From Octopus sinensis (Eukaryota), in NCBI RefSeq assembly GCF_006345805.1, contig NC_043010.1, forward strand, positions 16,864,001 to 16,928,000: a stretch of DNA of 64,000 nt. The letters run 5' to 3'. Every line of letters begins with the position of its first letter. Positions within the stretch are counted from its first letter, which is position 1. The position numbers and the translations under genes were made by a program. The notes beneath the pieces were generated by a model. The model saw nothing but the letters and a program-made list of their open reading frames with translations, was not told the DNA's origin and made no database searches. Shown here one piece after another: positions 1 to 12,329 of the stretch.

Positions 1-133
1 TCCACTCACAAGGCATTGGTCGGCCCGGGGCTATCGCAGAAGACACTTGCCCAAGATGCCACGCAGTGGGACTGAACCTGGAACCATGTGGTTGGTTAGC
101 AAGCTACTTACCACACAGCCACTCCTGCGCCTA
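1..133 (-). mobile_element. SINE family A, 5' head fragment (cut by window edge)
   Basis: Matches heads of full copies at 20027-20434, 29178-29590 and 40917-41302; tRNA-like A/B boxes on the minus strand. Confidence 0.85.
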
Positions 134-372
134 TGTTGTTGATATTGGTTGTGGAGATGTTGTTGTTGTTGTTGTTTCTGCTGCTGCTGGTTGTTAAGCA
201 ACAATACAGGTAAGGGTGATTAGGTGATGGTCTAGGGCTTAGGGGCGGGAGACCCCAGACCTTTGAAAAAAAAAACCACTTTGGTTGTCTTGTTATAGTC
301 AAAGGCTCTTCATTGACGCCCGACACCACTGGGAGGTGGTGCTGCTGCTGCTTTGTTTGTTTGTTTGTTTGT

Positions 373-707
373 TGAGCAAAGCGGTCTTCGTCCTAGAAGC
401 CCGAGACATGGTCCTTTGCTATTCGTAAGACCCGCAGAAGAAAAAGCAGGTCAACCCCTGACACCGAGAGCATTTGTGTAGGCTCAGCGGTTGTGTAGGA
501 AGTTGGGAACAAGAAACAGGAAGAAAGAGTGAGAGAAAGTTGGAGCAAAAGAGTACAACAGGGGTCGCCACCACCCCCTGCCGGAGCTTTGTGGAGTTTT
601 AGGTGTTTTCGCTCAATAAACACACACAACGCCCGGTCTAGGAATCGAAACCGCGATTCTCCAACCGCGAGTCTGCTGCCCTAACCACTGGGCCATTGCG
701 CCTCCAC
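373..707 (-). mobile_element. tRNA-derived SINE family B
   Basis: Minus strand starts GGAGGCGCAATGGCCCAGTGGTTAGGGCAG (A box), then GGTTTCGATTCC (B box); about 190 bp shared with 2449-2758. Confidence 0.8.
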
Positions 708-999
708 TTGCTGCTGCTGCTGGTTCTTCCGGTAATGATGATGATAGGTTTAGTAGTAGTAATGTTGCTGCCACTGTCACAGACTATCAGAGTGACAGGA
801 GAGAAGTTAAAGACTTTCCTCATCTGCTTTATTCAAGGGAAAATTCTTCACTTCTTTGTTGCTTTCTTCTTTCATTTCTTGTTTGTTTGGAAAAAGAAAT
901 GATTCCCCATTTGGATATGTTTTAAGAACTTCTGTGGGTGAGAATTTGGACCCAATGAAAACCAAAGTGAATTCAATGACCAGTGAACCACGCAACAAG

Positions 1000-1108
1000 T
1001 CAGCTCCATATCACATCAGAACCCATTGGCATAAAGTCATTTAAATGAATAGTCTCAGCAACAAATGTACCAATTCTCTCAAACATCATGAAATTGTGAT
1101 TTAGAATT
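1000..1108 (-). CDS. Weak candidate terminal coding exon (ILNHNFMMFERIGTFVAETIHLNDFMPMGSDVIWS*)
   Basis: tatttcAG acceptor at 1110-1109, 35 open codons, TGA at 1002-1000, AATAAA at 833-828; phase-compatible with the 49756 donor; no recognisable domain. Confidence 0.15.
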
Positions 1109-1155
1109 CTGAAATACTACTACTGAAATACTACCACCACCACCACCACCACCAA

Positions 1156-1720
1156 TAATAATAATAAAAATAATAAATGCCCTGATGCAGTACCAGGCAG
1201 TGACTCATGGCTACTGACTGTGACTGATGGGAAGTACATTGTTTTGTCTTGGTATAAAAGATGGGCTACAGCAAATATTCTGCTCAATACCACAGATTTG
1301 CTTGTCAGTTGTTTGACCTTAACCAGTTGAGCATGTCCCTTACTGGCTGACGATATGTGCATCTCTGATCATGAGCAGAAGTAGTGGGGGAGCATCATAG
1401 CCATGTGTTGAAAGGGATTCTTTGGGGTTTGGAAGATTCACCTTTAGAAACATGGGTATTTCATTCAACATCCTTTAACAACCCTTATTCAGGGACCTTT
1501 TAAGTGGGATGGGCTACCCGACCAGAAGAAAATTCTAACTGGGCCCCACCTGCAAGGACATGTGCTGTTAATTTTGATATGAGGTCACCATGTCACGCAG
1601 ATATGGTTGTGACGCATGTGCCTGGTGTACCCTTATCAGACGGGTAGTCATGATGAGTATATTGGGCTTCATATATTTTACCCCCGTGTCACTTTGATGG
1701 TATGCACTACTCTCTCACTC

Positions 1721-1755
<35 letters not shown>
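1156..1755. repeat. Unclassified interspersed element embedded in (AAT)n
   Basis: About 550 bp of non-coding, moderately GC sequence with (AAT)n runs on both sides; class not determinable. Confidence 0.4.
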
Positions 1756-1756
<1 letters not shown>

Positions 1757-1970
1757 GGGCTTCAAATTTTGTCATAAGGCCAGAAATTTTGTAAGAAGGG
1801 GTAAGTCGTTTACATGAACTTGAATGTTAAAATGGTACATATTTTATCGACCCCAAAAGGATGAAAGGCAAAATCGCCCCCAACAGCATTTGAACTCAGA
1901 ACGTAAAGTTGGAAGAAATGCTGCTAAGCATTTTGTGCGGCCCAGTAATGATTCTGTCAGCTTGCCACCT
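1757..1970 (-). mobile_element. Decayed SINE family M (MetaSINE/MESC-like core)
   Basis: Shares atcgacccc..aaaggatgaaaggcaaa..tttgaactcagaacgt core with 3869, 39713, 45141, 48683 and 63174 copies. Confidence 0.7.
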
Positions 1971-2117
1971 TATTATTATTAATAATAATAATAATTGACA
2001 AAAACAAAATGTGCTTTTTAAATAAATCTATTTGCATTCGTTACAATATAAACTTGATTCTATCTTTCAATATTGAAGAAAATAATATTTTACACATTCC
2101 CTGCGGGATACTCGGTC

Positions 2118-2342
2118 ACTTTGTCAGTGATGGTGTCACATAAAAAGCACCAATGCTGAGGCCATGTAAAAAGCACCCACTCCACTCTGTAAAGTGGCTG
2201 GCATGTTAGGAAGGGCATCCAGCTGTAGAAACCAAGCCAAAACAGACAATGGAGCCTGGTGGAGCCCTCCAGATTTGCCAGTTCCTGTCAAACCATCCAG
2301 CTCATACCACAATGGAAAACAGACGTCAAAAGAGGATGATTT
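2118..2342 (+). mobile_element. RTE-type 3' tail fragment
   Basis: aaaaagcacc repeats, ggaagggcatccagctgtagaaa motif and GAT-type end, as in 13730-15620. Confidence 0.7.
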
Positions 2343-2448
2343 TCTGAGTTGAAATCTTGTCAAGACTGACTTTGTCACTCATCCTTCTGCAGATCGATAA
2401 ATTAAGAACCAAGCTATTGTCAAGTTGTCACATACATTCCTCATATCA

Positions 2449-2758
2449 CCGTGATCACCGTGACCGACCAGGTTATCAGATGTTGCTACACATCACTGGT
2501 CACAATGTGCTTTGCATTGTTTTAGCCTTCAAATGACACCACCCCACTTGGTTAAGCAAGCAGGCCAACAGAAGAAAGAGTGAGAGAAAGTTGTGGTGAA
2601 AGCGTACAGCAGGGATTGCCACCACCCTCTGCTGGAGCCTCATGGAGCTTTTGGTGTTTTCACTCAATAAACACTCACGACGCCCGGTCTGGGAATCGAA
2701 ACTGCGATCCTACGACCGTGAGTCCGCTGCCCTAACCACTGGGCCATTGCGCCTCCAC
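2449..2758 (-). mobile_element. tRNA-derived SINE family B, alternative 3' tail
   Basis: Head and body as 373-707; 3' part unrelated to that copy. Confidence 0.8.
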
Positions 2759-3190
2759 ACATTCCAAGATGCTGTGCTATTGCAGCTTCCTCCTGACTTG
2801 GTTCCATAACATTTTGTTACAAATAAATTTCCAACAATGGTTCTGAAAGACAGCTTTCTTCCAAGAACGTTTGTCTCTTTGATTGTTTCATTTTAAAAGC
2901 TTAATGTTTCTCAATGTCACTGTTTGTTTTACTTGTTTGTATCAACCTGTCAATTATCATCTAATTACAGATTCACACTGATTAGGTTTAATTAACTATT
3001 GAAACTAAACAAATACTCTTTCATTCTTTTTCCAACTGTTTTCTCAGTTGCATGGTTGAAAACAAAAAGACATACAGTAGAAGTGTGTGTGTGTGTGTGT
3101 GTGTGAGTGTGTGTGTATCTGTCTGTGTGCCTGTGTCTGTGTAGTTTGGTATACTGTGTGCGTGTAATATTATAGTATTATATATATGGA

Positions 3191-3753
3191 CTAGCAGTAT
3201 CGCCTGGCGTTGCTCGGGTTTGTAAGGGAAATAACTATATAAGCATTTTTAGAGAGTTATAGCAAAAAAATTCATTAAAAATGGAATAAAAAATGATGGT
3301 AATTTTTTTTTTAAATCGTTGACTCATGTAGACGCTTTCTTAGCCATTTCTGTTTTGATGTCTTCAAGCCATGAAGTTGTTGTTCTAAAAGAACGCTGGT
3401 CTCCTTGACAACGCTTTACGACGTTGATTTCCTTACACTCCCTTCCCCACAGCTTCACGAGGGAGGGAAGAAGGGGGAGAAGCAAACAGGTGCAGGCGTG
3501 AGCGTGGACGCCAACTCTGCCGCCATCGACACACGAAAAATTATGCATTAAAATGGAATAAAAAATGATGTTAAATTATTTTTAAAATCATAGACTCATC
3601 GTAGATGCGCGCTAATACTCAGACGGGCTCGATATGAATCACGACTATAAGATACCCGAATTTGGTTAAACTGCACTGGAAAATGTGGGAGTAGTTAGGA
3701 ATCTAAATCGAAGGGGACAGACACTCACACAACTACAGTTTTATATATATAGA
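3191..3753 (-). mobile_element. Complete non-autonomous Helitron
   Basis: Minus strand A|TCTATATATATAAAA...CCCGAGCAACGCCAGG hairpin...CTAG|T: 5' TC, 3' CTAG, AT target, no TSD; internal ~60-bp direct repeat near 3276 and 3548. Confidence 0.8.
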
Positions 3754-3868
3754 TGTGTCTTTTATGTGTGCTTGTAGTCAGTGATCACTGACATATGCTG
3801 AGAGGCATTCTAGCCAAGACCACCATTTGTTGAGAGTTACCTAGGGTATAGCTAGATAGGTAGAGAGA

Positions 3869-4088
3869 TATATTTCTTTATTGCCCACAAGGGGCTAAAC
3901 ATAGAGGGGACAAACAAAGGGATTAAGTCGATTACATCGACCCTAGTGCATAACTGGTACTTTATTTATCGACCCCGAAAGGATGAAAGGCAAAGACGAT
4001 GTCGGTGGAATATGAACTCAGAACATAACAGCAGACGAAATACGGCTACGCATTTCGACCAGCGTGCTAACGATTCTGCCAGCTCGCC
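3869..4088 (-). mobile_element. SINE family M
   Basis: Near full length; head GGCGAGCTGGCAGAATCGTTAGC, family M core. Confidence 0.85.
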
Positions 4089-4201
4089 AGATAGATAGAG
4101 TGATAGATAGATAGATAGATAGATAGAGAGATAGATAGATAGAGAGATAGATAGATAGAGAGATAGATAAATAGATAGATAGATGGATAGATGGATAGAT
4201 G

Positions 4202-4235
<34 letters not shown>

Positions 4236-4425
4236 GAGATAGAGAGATAGATAGATAGATAGAGAGATAGATAGATAGAGAGATAGATAGGTAGAGAGAT
4301 AGAGAGATAGATGGATAGATAGATAGGTAGAGAGATAGAGAGATAGATGGATAGATAGATAGATAGATAGATAGAGAGATAGATAGAGAGAGAGACAGAC
4401 AGACAGACAGAGACACACAGACAGA
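4089..4425. repeat. (AGAT)n/(AG)n/(AGAC)n compound microsatellite
   Basis: Direct inspection; explains ORFs 3966-4516. Confidence 0.97.
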
Positions 4426-4607
4426 CGTCTGTTCTGCAAGATTTCTTCTTGGTATGTATATAGAAAAGCAGCAAATTAAGGGATGTGACTTCATTATTAT
4501 AGAAGATCAATAACAAATATCAGATGCACAAAGAAACAAATACAGTGTGTGTGAATATTCATGTGTGTGTGTGTGTGTATGTGTGTGTATATATATATAT
4601 ATATATA

Positions 4608-4765
4608 TACGATGGGCTTCTTTCACTTTCTGTCTACCAAATCCACTCACAAAGCTTTGGTCAGCCCAAGGCTATAGTAGAAGACACTTGCCCTAGGTGC
4701 CACACGATGGGACTGAACCTGGAACTGTGTGGTTGGGAAGCAAGCTTCTTACCACACATGCATAC
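4608..4765 (-). mobile_element. SINE family A head fragment
   Basis: Homologous to 20270-20434. Confidence 0.8.
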
Positions 4766-4817
4766 ACACTACTGCTCTGCATGCTGATATGTGCATGTGC
4801 ATACACGTATCTATATA

Positions 4818-5696
4818 TAACCATCAGCATCACCATCATCATTGTCCATGTACCATGCTGGAATGGGTTGGATGGTTTGACAGGATCTGATGAGCCCAAG
4901 GACTGCATCATGCACCCAGTACCTGCCCTGACATGGTCCCTGCAACTGGCTGCTCTTCCAAACAATGACCACTTTGCAGAATGCACTGGGTGCCTTCCTC
5001 ATGCTTCCATGCAGTTCACACGGGTGGGTTAGGGGTGAGGTGTAAGAGAAGCAGGGTTGGGGGGGGGCAGAGCAAGTTCTTACGAGAGAGAAGCTTCATG
5101 GTTACTCGCATTTAAGGGAGAGTGAGAACAAATCAGTAGTAACTGGGGAAAGATCAGTATTGGGGATGAGGTGTACAGGTGGCCCTTCAAGGTATGAGGG
5201 TGAGGTGGGGGCGGGGAGGGAGCCAAAATTAGAAGTTAGTGGGTGGGGCCTGCAAGAATGCATGGGGGAAGGGGAGTAAGCAACATTTGGAAGGATTGGG
5301 TAGGGTCAAAGGGTGGCTGTAGGGGATAGGGGATGTGGGCTGTGTGGATGGCCATAGGTGCATGAGCCAGGGAAGGTGGGGTTAAGGGGAGCAGCAGGAT
5401 AGTAATGATGATACAGATGCAGGGTGGGAGGAATAGAGAAATGCTGTGGTTGGGTAGGCTGCAAGAGAGAGAGACAGAGGGTGCATGGAACATGAAGAGA
5501 AGTAATTCAGTGATCCAGGGGGTGATGAAAGGGGATGATCAATGTAATGTATGGGTGTGGAGAACAATGTTAATAGATGAAGAGTGACTAACGAGTGAAA
5601 ATCAGGAGAGGGAAGTCATGGTAGGAATGGTTTAGGTGGGATGAAATGAGGAGAAGACTGGATGAAGTGCCCATCTTGGCACATATTTATAATATG

Positions 5697-5758
<62 letters not shown>

Positions 5759-5960
5759 CATATATATGCACACACAGTGCTGCCCGAAGTTAGTTTTGCT
5801 GTGATGGGCAGGTCTTTTCAAGGACCACATATCACCAGACATCCTAGTCCTTTGTCATCTCTTCCATGAAGCTGAGGGAGCTGAGGTCAGCCTTCACCAC
5901 ATTTTTCCTACAGCTTCTTGGGTCTCTCTTGTCCACAAGCCCTCATCCATGTACTGGTTA
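4818..5960 (-). mobile_element. RTE LINE 3' end with long C/T-rich UTR, split by (TA)n
   Basis: ORF2 C-terminus (VVKADL.SLSFMEEMTKD-like) at 5790-5960, purine-rich plus strand 5020-5680, tail 4818-5000. Confidence 0.6.
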
Positions 5961-6019
5961 TGCAATGCATATGGGTAAGGAGAGTTGTAGCAATCTATCT
6001 ATACACACACATTGTATAT

Positions 6020-6497
6020 GTATGACCTTTGAACATTGGGCCTCACAGATGTAATGACAGGAGACCAAGACCTTTGGAGATATGCTGTGATTGAGAAGAC
6101 CCAGCAACTAAAGTGAGATCGTAGCCATGCATGTCTGGCCCTGTTAAGAGTACCCCTGATACGTCGGGCAATATGATATGCTTGAGAAGACCTGTTGAGT
6201 CAAATAAAACCAATATCATAGTTGAGGCCAGTGACCCCTGACTGGCTCCCGTGCAAGTGGCACATAAAAAGCACCATCCGAATGTGGTCGATGCCAGGTC
6301 TGCCTGACTGGCTCCTGTGCCGGTGGCACATCAAAAGTACCCACTATACTCACAGAATGGTTGGCATTAGGAAGGACATCTAGTGCCAGATCAGATTGGA
6401 GCCTGGTACAGCTTCGTGGTTCTCCAGACCTCAGTCAGACCGTCCAACCCATGCCAGCATGGAAAGCGGACATTAAATGATGATGATGATGATGATG
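6020..6497 (+). mobile_element. RTE LINE 3' end with (GAT)n tail
   Basis: Homologous to 14950-15620. Confidence 0.8.
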
Positions 6498-6506
6498 TAT
6501 ATATTC

Positions 6507-6708
6507 TTTTACTTTTTTACTTGTTTCAGTCATTTAACTGTGGCCATGCTGGAGCACTGCCTTAAAGGGTTTTTAGTCAAAGAAATTGACCCCAGGACTT
6601 ATACTTTGTAAGCCTAGTATCATTCTATTGGTCTCTTTTGCCAAACTGCTAAGTTACAGGTGACTTAAACACAGCAACATTGGTTGTTCAGTGATGGTGG
6701 GGGGACAA

Positions 6709-6767
<59 letters not shown>

Positions 6768-6925
6768 ATATGATGGGCTTCTTTCAGTTTCTGTCTATCA
6801 AATCCACTTACAAGGCTTTGGTCGTCCCAAGACTATGTGGTAGAAGACACTTTCCCGAGGTGCCACGTAGTGGAACTGAATCCAGAACCATATGGTTGGA
6901 AAGCAAGCTTCTTACCACACAACCA
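6507..6925 (-). mobile_element. SINE family A, near full length
   Basis: Head, central (TA)/(CA) run, 3' body and hairpin tail. Confidence 0.85.
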
Positions 6926-6984
6926 CACCTGCATACATACATACATACATACATATATCATTGTAATCATCCTTGTCTTAAGAC

Positions 6985-7262
6985 AGGAAGATGTGAATTG
7001 ATGAAGATTTGGCTGCTGTTTCTAGCAGATCGAGCAACCACAAAAAGGATTCTTCATTCAGTTGTTGAACGATGCAGTAAAAAAGAGGACAGCCACAGTG
7101 AACAGGTTCAGTCACCTGTGCACATATTGCACATTGCTGTCTGCAATGCATAACAACATCTCCTTGCGTATTTTCCGTTCGTTACAGCATGCAACATTAC
7201 TGCATACTGTGGCAGCAATTTGTAACGAGTCACTTAACTTCAAACATTGCATTGTTTCAACG
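6985..7262 (-). pseudogene. Possible hAT transposase remnant
   Basis: Minus translation DSNVQYVHR*LNLFTVAV resembles the hAT YVHCxAHxLNL motif with a short deletion; heavily decayed. Confidence 0.3.
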
Positions 7263-7668
7263 ATGGTTAGGTGGGTGATAGTGGTGTGTGTGTATGTGTG
7301 TATTTATAAAAACATACACAGACACAGACACACACACACACACACACATCTGTACATATATACATACGTAGATATACACACACAGACACAAACACATACA
7401 TATATTAAGAGTGAGAGGGAGACATGATCAATTCATGATTCTAACAAATGTCCTGATATACAAATGAACAAAAGCAGTGTCTGTTGTTACTTGTCGATTT
7501 CCCAGGTAGTCGTAAGCACTGTTCTTACTCTATCTGTCTCTCTTTCTTGTTGCCTCCTACTCTCTCTCTCTCTCTCTCTCTATCATCTCTCTCCTCTCTC
7601 CTTGAAAATCACATGAACTAAACTCAATGCTCCTGAGGAGCTGGTTATGATCAACAAAACTAGCTGTG

Positions 7669-8390
7669 TTATTCACCACTCCATTCTGCTGGGAAGGTCT
7701 TCTGATTCAACTCCATTCTCAGTTGGTCAAGCAAATTCCTAACTCTTTTCACAAACTGATTGTATGGTTGACCGTGGGGGGTGAGGTGTAGGTTGATAAT
7801 GAGATGTTTACAGATATGTCTTGATTTGATTGACTTTGGAGTGGACCCCCAAACAAATACAAACAGAATCTGCCAAACATTACCAACATGAACCATGCTC
7901 CCACTATCACTTGATTCTCTTTGACATCTTGCAGAGTTCAATCCAAAACATCTATTTTTTTTTTTTGCACCCAGGTAATTCTAGAGGCACATTGGATAGG
8001 AGTATGCATTTCTTTCATCTAGAAGCATTACTGCAATGCTATTCGATATCAAAGACAGCACAATTCGCTGTCCTTGGTGAGCTTTTGCTAGCAACAGCTT
8101 TGTAAGAAAGCCCTTTCTTGTGCCACTCAGTGCAGTAATGAAGAGGGATTCACTCTTATAGTTTTATTTGTGGTTCATTTTTACACATAAACTGATCACA
8201 GGTGTTGTGTCCCACCTAGATTTCTTGTACTACCATCATTTCTTCATCTGGCCCAGGCATCCTACAGTCAGCCAATGTGTTATTAAGAACAGAAACTCCA
8301 TAGGACATGTTGCAGAGAACTTGATTGCAAATTTCACTGTAGACATTTCCATTGTCTTCTCATTTGGTTCGGGAAGTCTTTGACATATTT
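7669..8390 (-). pseudogene. Helitron Pif1-family helicase remnant
   Basis: LFITALSGTRKGFLTKLLLAKAHQGQRIVLSLISNSIAVMLLDERNAYS resembles FFLDAPGGTGKTFLINLLLAKVR..IALAVASSGIAATLLxGGRTAHS; then LD*TLQDVK and GNVWQIL...LHLT resemble LDRTLQDLR and GDFRQIL...LHLTxNMR; stops and frameshifts. Confidence 0.7.
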
Positions 8391-8529
8391 TGTCAGAATA
8401 AATGGAAGATGATGAACTTCACAGGCATGAACAACTGTCGTCGTCTGATTTTGAGATCAACATCTCTATATAATAACTGATTAATTCATATACTAATTCA
8501 CATTAGTAAACATATCGAAATCAATCAAC

Positions 8530-8871
8530 AGCAATGGAAATTGTAGCTGTGATACCAGTGCTGGTGGCACGTAAGAGAACCATCCAAATGTGGCCGTTGC
8601 CAGCGCCACCCCGACTGGCCTCCGTGCCAGTGGCACATAAAAAGCACCATCCGATCGTGGCCGTTGCCAGCCTCGTCTGGCACCTGTGTCGGTGGCACGT
8701 AAAAAGCACCCACTACACTCACAGAGTGGTTGGCGTTAGGAAGGGCATCCAGCTGTAGAAACACTGCCAGATCAGACTGGGCCTGGTGCAGCCTTCTGGC
8801 TTCCCAGACCCCAGTTGAACCGTCCAACCCATGCTAGCATGGACAGCGGACGTTAAACGATGATGATGATG
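8530..8871 (+). mobile_element. RTE-type 3' UTR/tail with tandem gtggcac..aaaaagcacc units
   Basis: Near-identical tail to 13460-13705 and 18300-18467. Confidence 0.85.
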
Positions 8872-9381
8872 AAGATCTCTCACAAACTATTTCTTAACAC
8901 TTCACAAATTAACTCTGACTCTCTCTCTCTCTCTCTCTCCCGCACACACACACACACAGAGTTATTCCAATAATTATGTTCCTGGATTCTCTAAATGAAA
9001 GAATGTTATAATTTTGAATGAGTGACATTTTTCAAATCTAGTTATGAAAGCATCTATACATTGATTCCAGAAAGAGGGAGAGAATGGAGAGAGAAGTGAG
9101 ATATTTATAAGAATTGTTTAGAATTTGTATACCGTGGCACATAGATTACTGCATATCTACATATGAGTATGTAAAACTGTGAATATATGCATTGTGTTGG
9201 GTACAGAGGTGCCAAAGCACCCCCTAAAATTTTTGATTTGGGGCAATGAAAGTGCTTTGAGCATCCTCCAGCAAAACTTCATTGCCAAAACGATAGAAAC
9301 ATTTGTGGATTGATTTGAAACCTTATTTTTCCATTGTTGGAGTCGTATGGTTTGATTGATGTACAGATATAGAAATAATAA

Positions 9382-9412
9382 CTAGCAGTACCCATGGAAA
9401 TTCCATGGTTAT
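9382..9412 (-). mobile_element. Isolated Helitron-like 3' terminus
   Basis: Minus strand ACCATGG-AATTT-CCATGGGT hairpin followed by ACTG-CTAG|T. Confidence 0.35.
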
Positions 9413-9559
9413 TTTGAAAATTGTAAAGTTTTCTGAAACATTTGATTCTTGAGAAGATATGAAAACCCACATGGGCAGTATTGAAGAGGCAATAAATCAA
9501 TAAATCTATCAGTCAAACAGCTCAGGAACGCACTGACCATTTGCTGAGAGAAATCAGAA

Positions 9560-10200
9560 AAGCTTGGCCTTCAGGTGAGGGGACCAAGCTGATGCATGTC
9601 AATGATGGCCAAGACCCTCGCCCACTTCATAATGACCATTGTGGAGTTTGTCAACTCCTTTATCTATTTGGGCTCCATAGTCACCAACAATGGGTACCTG
9701 AGCCAGAAATCAACCACAGACATGGTCTGGATGCCAGAGTCATGAACTCCCCATGGAAGCCCCTTTAGCACCACTGCCCTATCTCCCAGAAGGCAAAGCT
9801 CCACATCTACAACACATTGGTCCTCTGTGTTCTCCTCTTTGTACCTCATAAAGAGGATTGACAGCTTTAAGATCAGAGCTCTGAAGACCATTGAGAATGT
9901 AAGACAGTATCATCATGTTCCCAGCAAAGGGCTGCATGTACACACACATCAGCCCATGGCCTCCTGCCTTGTAGCCATCGACTGCATGTGCTGGTAGAGA
10001 CATGCCCTCAGCCCCCACCAGATCATCCTACCAGGGCCTTATTCTCATCCAATGCAGCAGCTGTGGGCTGGAAGAGGCCCCCATGTCAGGCCCTGCACAA
10101 AATGGCTGGGCGGGATTAGGGAAGATCTCCAGAGGCTTGACATCATCTTGGTAAATGCAGAGGGGTTGGTATGGGACTGCTAGTGACGGAGGGGTCACAC
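9560..10200 (+). pseudogene. RTE-clade LINE ORF2 C-terminal remnant (second RTE family)
   Basis: PEINHRHGLDARVMNSPWKPL, ISQKAKLHIYNTLVL and W..GIREDLQRLDI across frames resemble RTE post-RT motifs. Confidence 0.6.
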
Positions 10201-10486
10201 AGAAGAGCTAGGAAGAAGGGGAGATAATAAAGTAGTGGTGATCACAAAACGAAGGTGCGTGTGCATGTGTATAAGAGAGCATGTATGTGCATATGGAAGA
10301 GGGCTGGTGACCTTGACGTGTGCATGTGTGGGTGTGTGGATGATGGTGTGGGGCTAGGAAGTGGTTAGTGATAGTGTGTGTGTGGTGGTGTGATGTGATG
10401 TGTTGTTGTGTGGTATGGTGGTGTTGGGATGTGGGGAGGCAAGAGTGAGGAAAGCAAGGGTGGGGTATGTGGGGGTGGGTGTACAT

Positions 10487-10524
<38 letters not shown>

Positions 10525-10749
10525 ACATACATACATATGTTAAATAGACTCAGAGAAGCACAATCAATATTTGTTTCCTGCCAGAGTGAGGAGGCTTCGA
10601 GGCATCTTGATCTCTCTTTTTGTTGAAGTATTTTGTGGTGATTTTCTGTTCCTGGAAAGCAAAGGCAAGGTCTTAGGTCTTCTAGGTAAGATGTTATGTA
10701 TTTACCACAAATCCAGGAGATTCCTGTCAATGTTTTTAGTATGTATAGA

Positions 10750-11975
10750 CAGGGTGCGTTAGGTATCTGAGCACATACCTGTTTTTGGGTCATTGCTGCA
10801 TTTTTTGCAAATTCAGTATAATCTTTGTTTCAGAAAATAATAATGGCACACCCTCAGCTTACTCAAGAAATGAAGAGACATGCTGTTACTGTGGTTGTAA
10901 AGGCTGAGCATAGTGATTTAGAAATATTGCAAGCTTTAAAAGTTGCCAGATCTTTCATCTACAAAGTTTGTAGGGAGTTAGAGATTGAAGATAGAAATGT
11001 ATCACCAGTATCAAAGCATAAAATGCTCTGAAATCATCAGAACACCTGAATCTATCCAGCAAGTTCAACAGATCTTTGATTACAATCCCAGAAAGTCCAT
11101 GAGGTCAATTGCAAAAGATCTCCATGTGTCAGAAGGAATAGTCAGAAATGCTGTCCACAAAGACGTCAGGTATACGTCTTATATGATGAGGAAAGGTCAG
11201 TTTGTCCGAAAAAGCAAAAGAAAATCACCACATCAGATCTAAAAGGTTCTTAAACAAACAGAAAAATCCAGCAGAAGATTTGATTTGGTTTTTCTCAAAT
11301 GAGAAAAACTTCGACCATGATCAAAAAGTTAACAGAAGAAATAACAAATGGTTATGTGCAGACCTTTCTGTAGTTCCAAGTGTTATGCATACAAAATTTC
11401 CTGCAACTGTCATGGTTTTAGAGGTTGTCAGCAATGAAGGACATGTGATGCCTCCTTACTTATTTCCATGGGGCCTTAGAGTTAACTCTGCTGCCTACAC
11501 TGAGGTTCTGGAAATAATTGTTAAGCCCTGGATAGACAGTGTATGCAATGGGAGGTCATATGTGTTTCAGTAAAACTCTGCACTATTACACATGGCTTTA
11601 GTAACACAGGAATGGACGGCTGAAAATTTTCATGATCACATAACCCCTATCATTTGACCTCCTAATTCCCCAAATCTCAATCCATTGGACTTTTACACAT
11701 GTGGAGCATTGTTGAGAGAGAGGTCAATGAACACGCCCATAACACCAAAGATTCTTTGAAAGTTGGCATAGTCAGAGTAATGTCCAAAATGAACCAGGAC
11801 CACTTGATTCGAGCATGTAGATGATTTAGATCTCATATAGAAGCAGTTGTTGAAGCTAAAGGTGGCTTTATTGAATAACATTATAGAAAAGAACGTTTAT
11901 TTTTATCCTTATAACATTTTTTGATAAATAAAGTTGTTATTTGTTATTATATATCTATTTTCAATATCTACGAAG
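10750..11975 (+). mobile_element. Tc1/mariner-superfamily DD37D (maT) transposon, inactivated
   Basis: CAGGGTG left end; pseudo-ORF 10843-11878 with HTH region, FSNEK, YVFQ*N and PPNSPNLNPLD; exactly 37 residues between the 2nd and 3rd catalytic positions; first two Asp now Asn; right TIR not found. Confidence 0.85.
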
Positions 11976-12329
11976 TGAAAAAGTTGTTTGTCTCATTTGG
12001 GGATGGGAAAGGTAGATGGGGTCAGATTGGCGCCAAAATTTACAGAGACATGTAAAAAGAGGCAAGGAAGCAACTAGACTTGTTTAGAAACCCCTATCTC
12101 AAAAGCTGTGGTTACTAGAGCTACAAAACCCAGACTTTGACAAGTGTTTGTCCTTCCTCTCTTTTGTATATCACCCTGTTTTCCTTGATCTCTCTCTTTC
12201 CTTCCTTCCCTTCACATTCTCTCTATAATGACGTTTGACACCTTCCACTCTCATTCCCTCTCTGCCTTCACTGTGTCTCTGTCACTCTTTCTTCCACCAC
12301 CTCTCTCACTGTACGTCTGTCTGTATCTA

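Noticed and set aside
807-1010. LLRGSLVIEFTLVF resembling a SEA-domain strand
   Set aside because: Stop four codons upstream, no acceptor, single short motif
7628-7670. CUGAGGA..AAAAC-UAGCU-GUG hammerhead-like string
   Set aside because: Lacks G12, GUG is not a cleavable triplet, and stem I is absent
10585-10686. Exon-like segments with good splice sites on both strands (also 63771-63833)
   Set aside because: Equally plausible on either strand, no recognisable peptide; illustrates the chance rate of such sites
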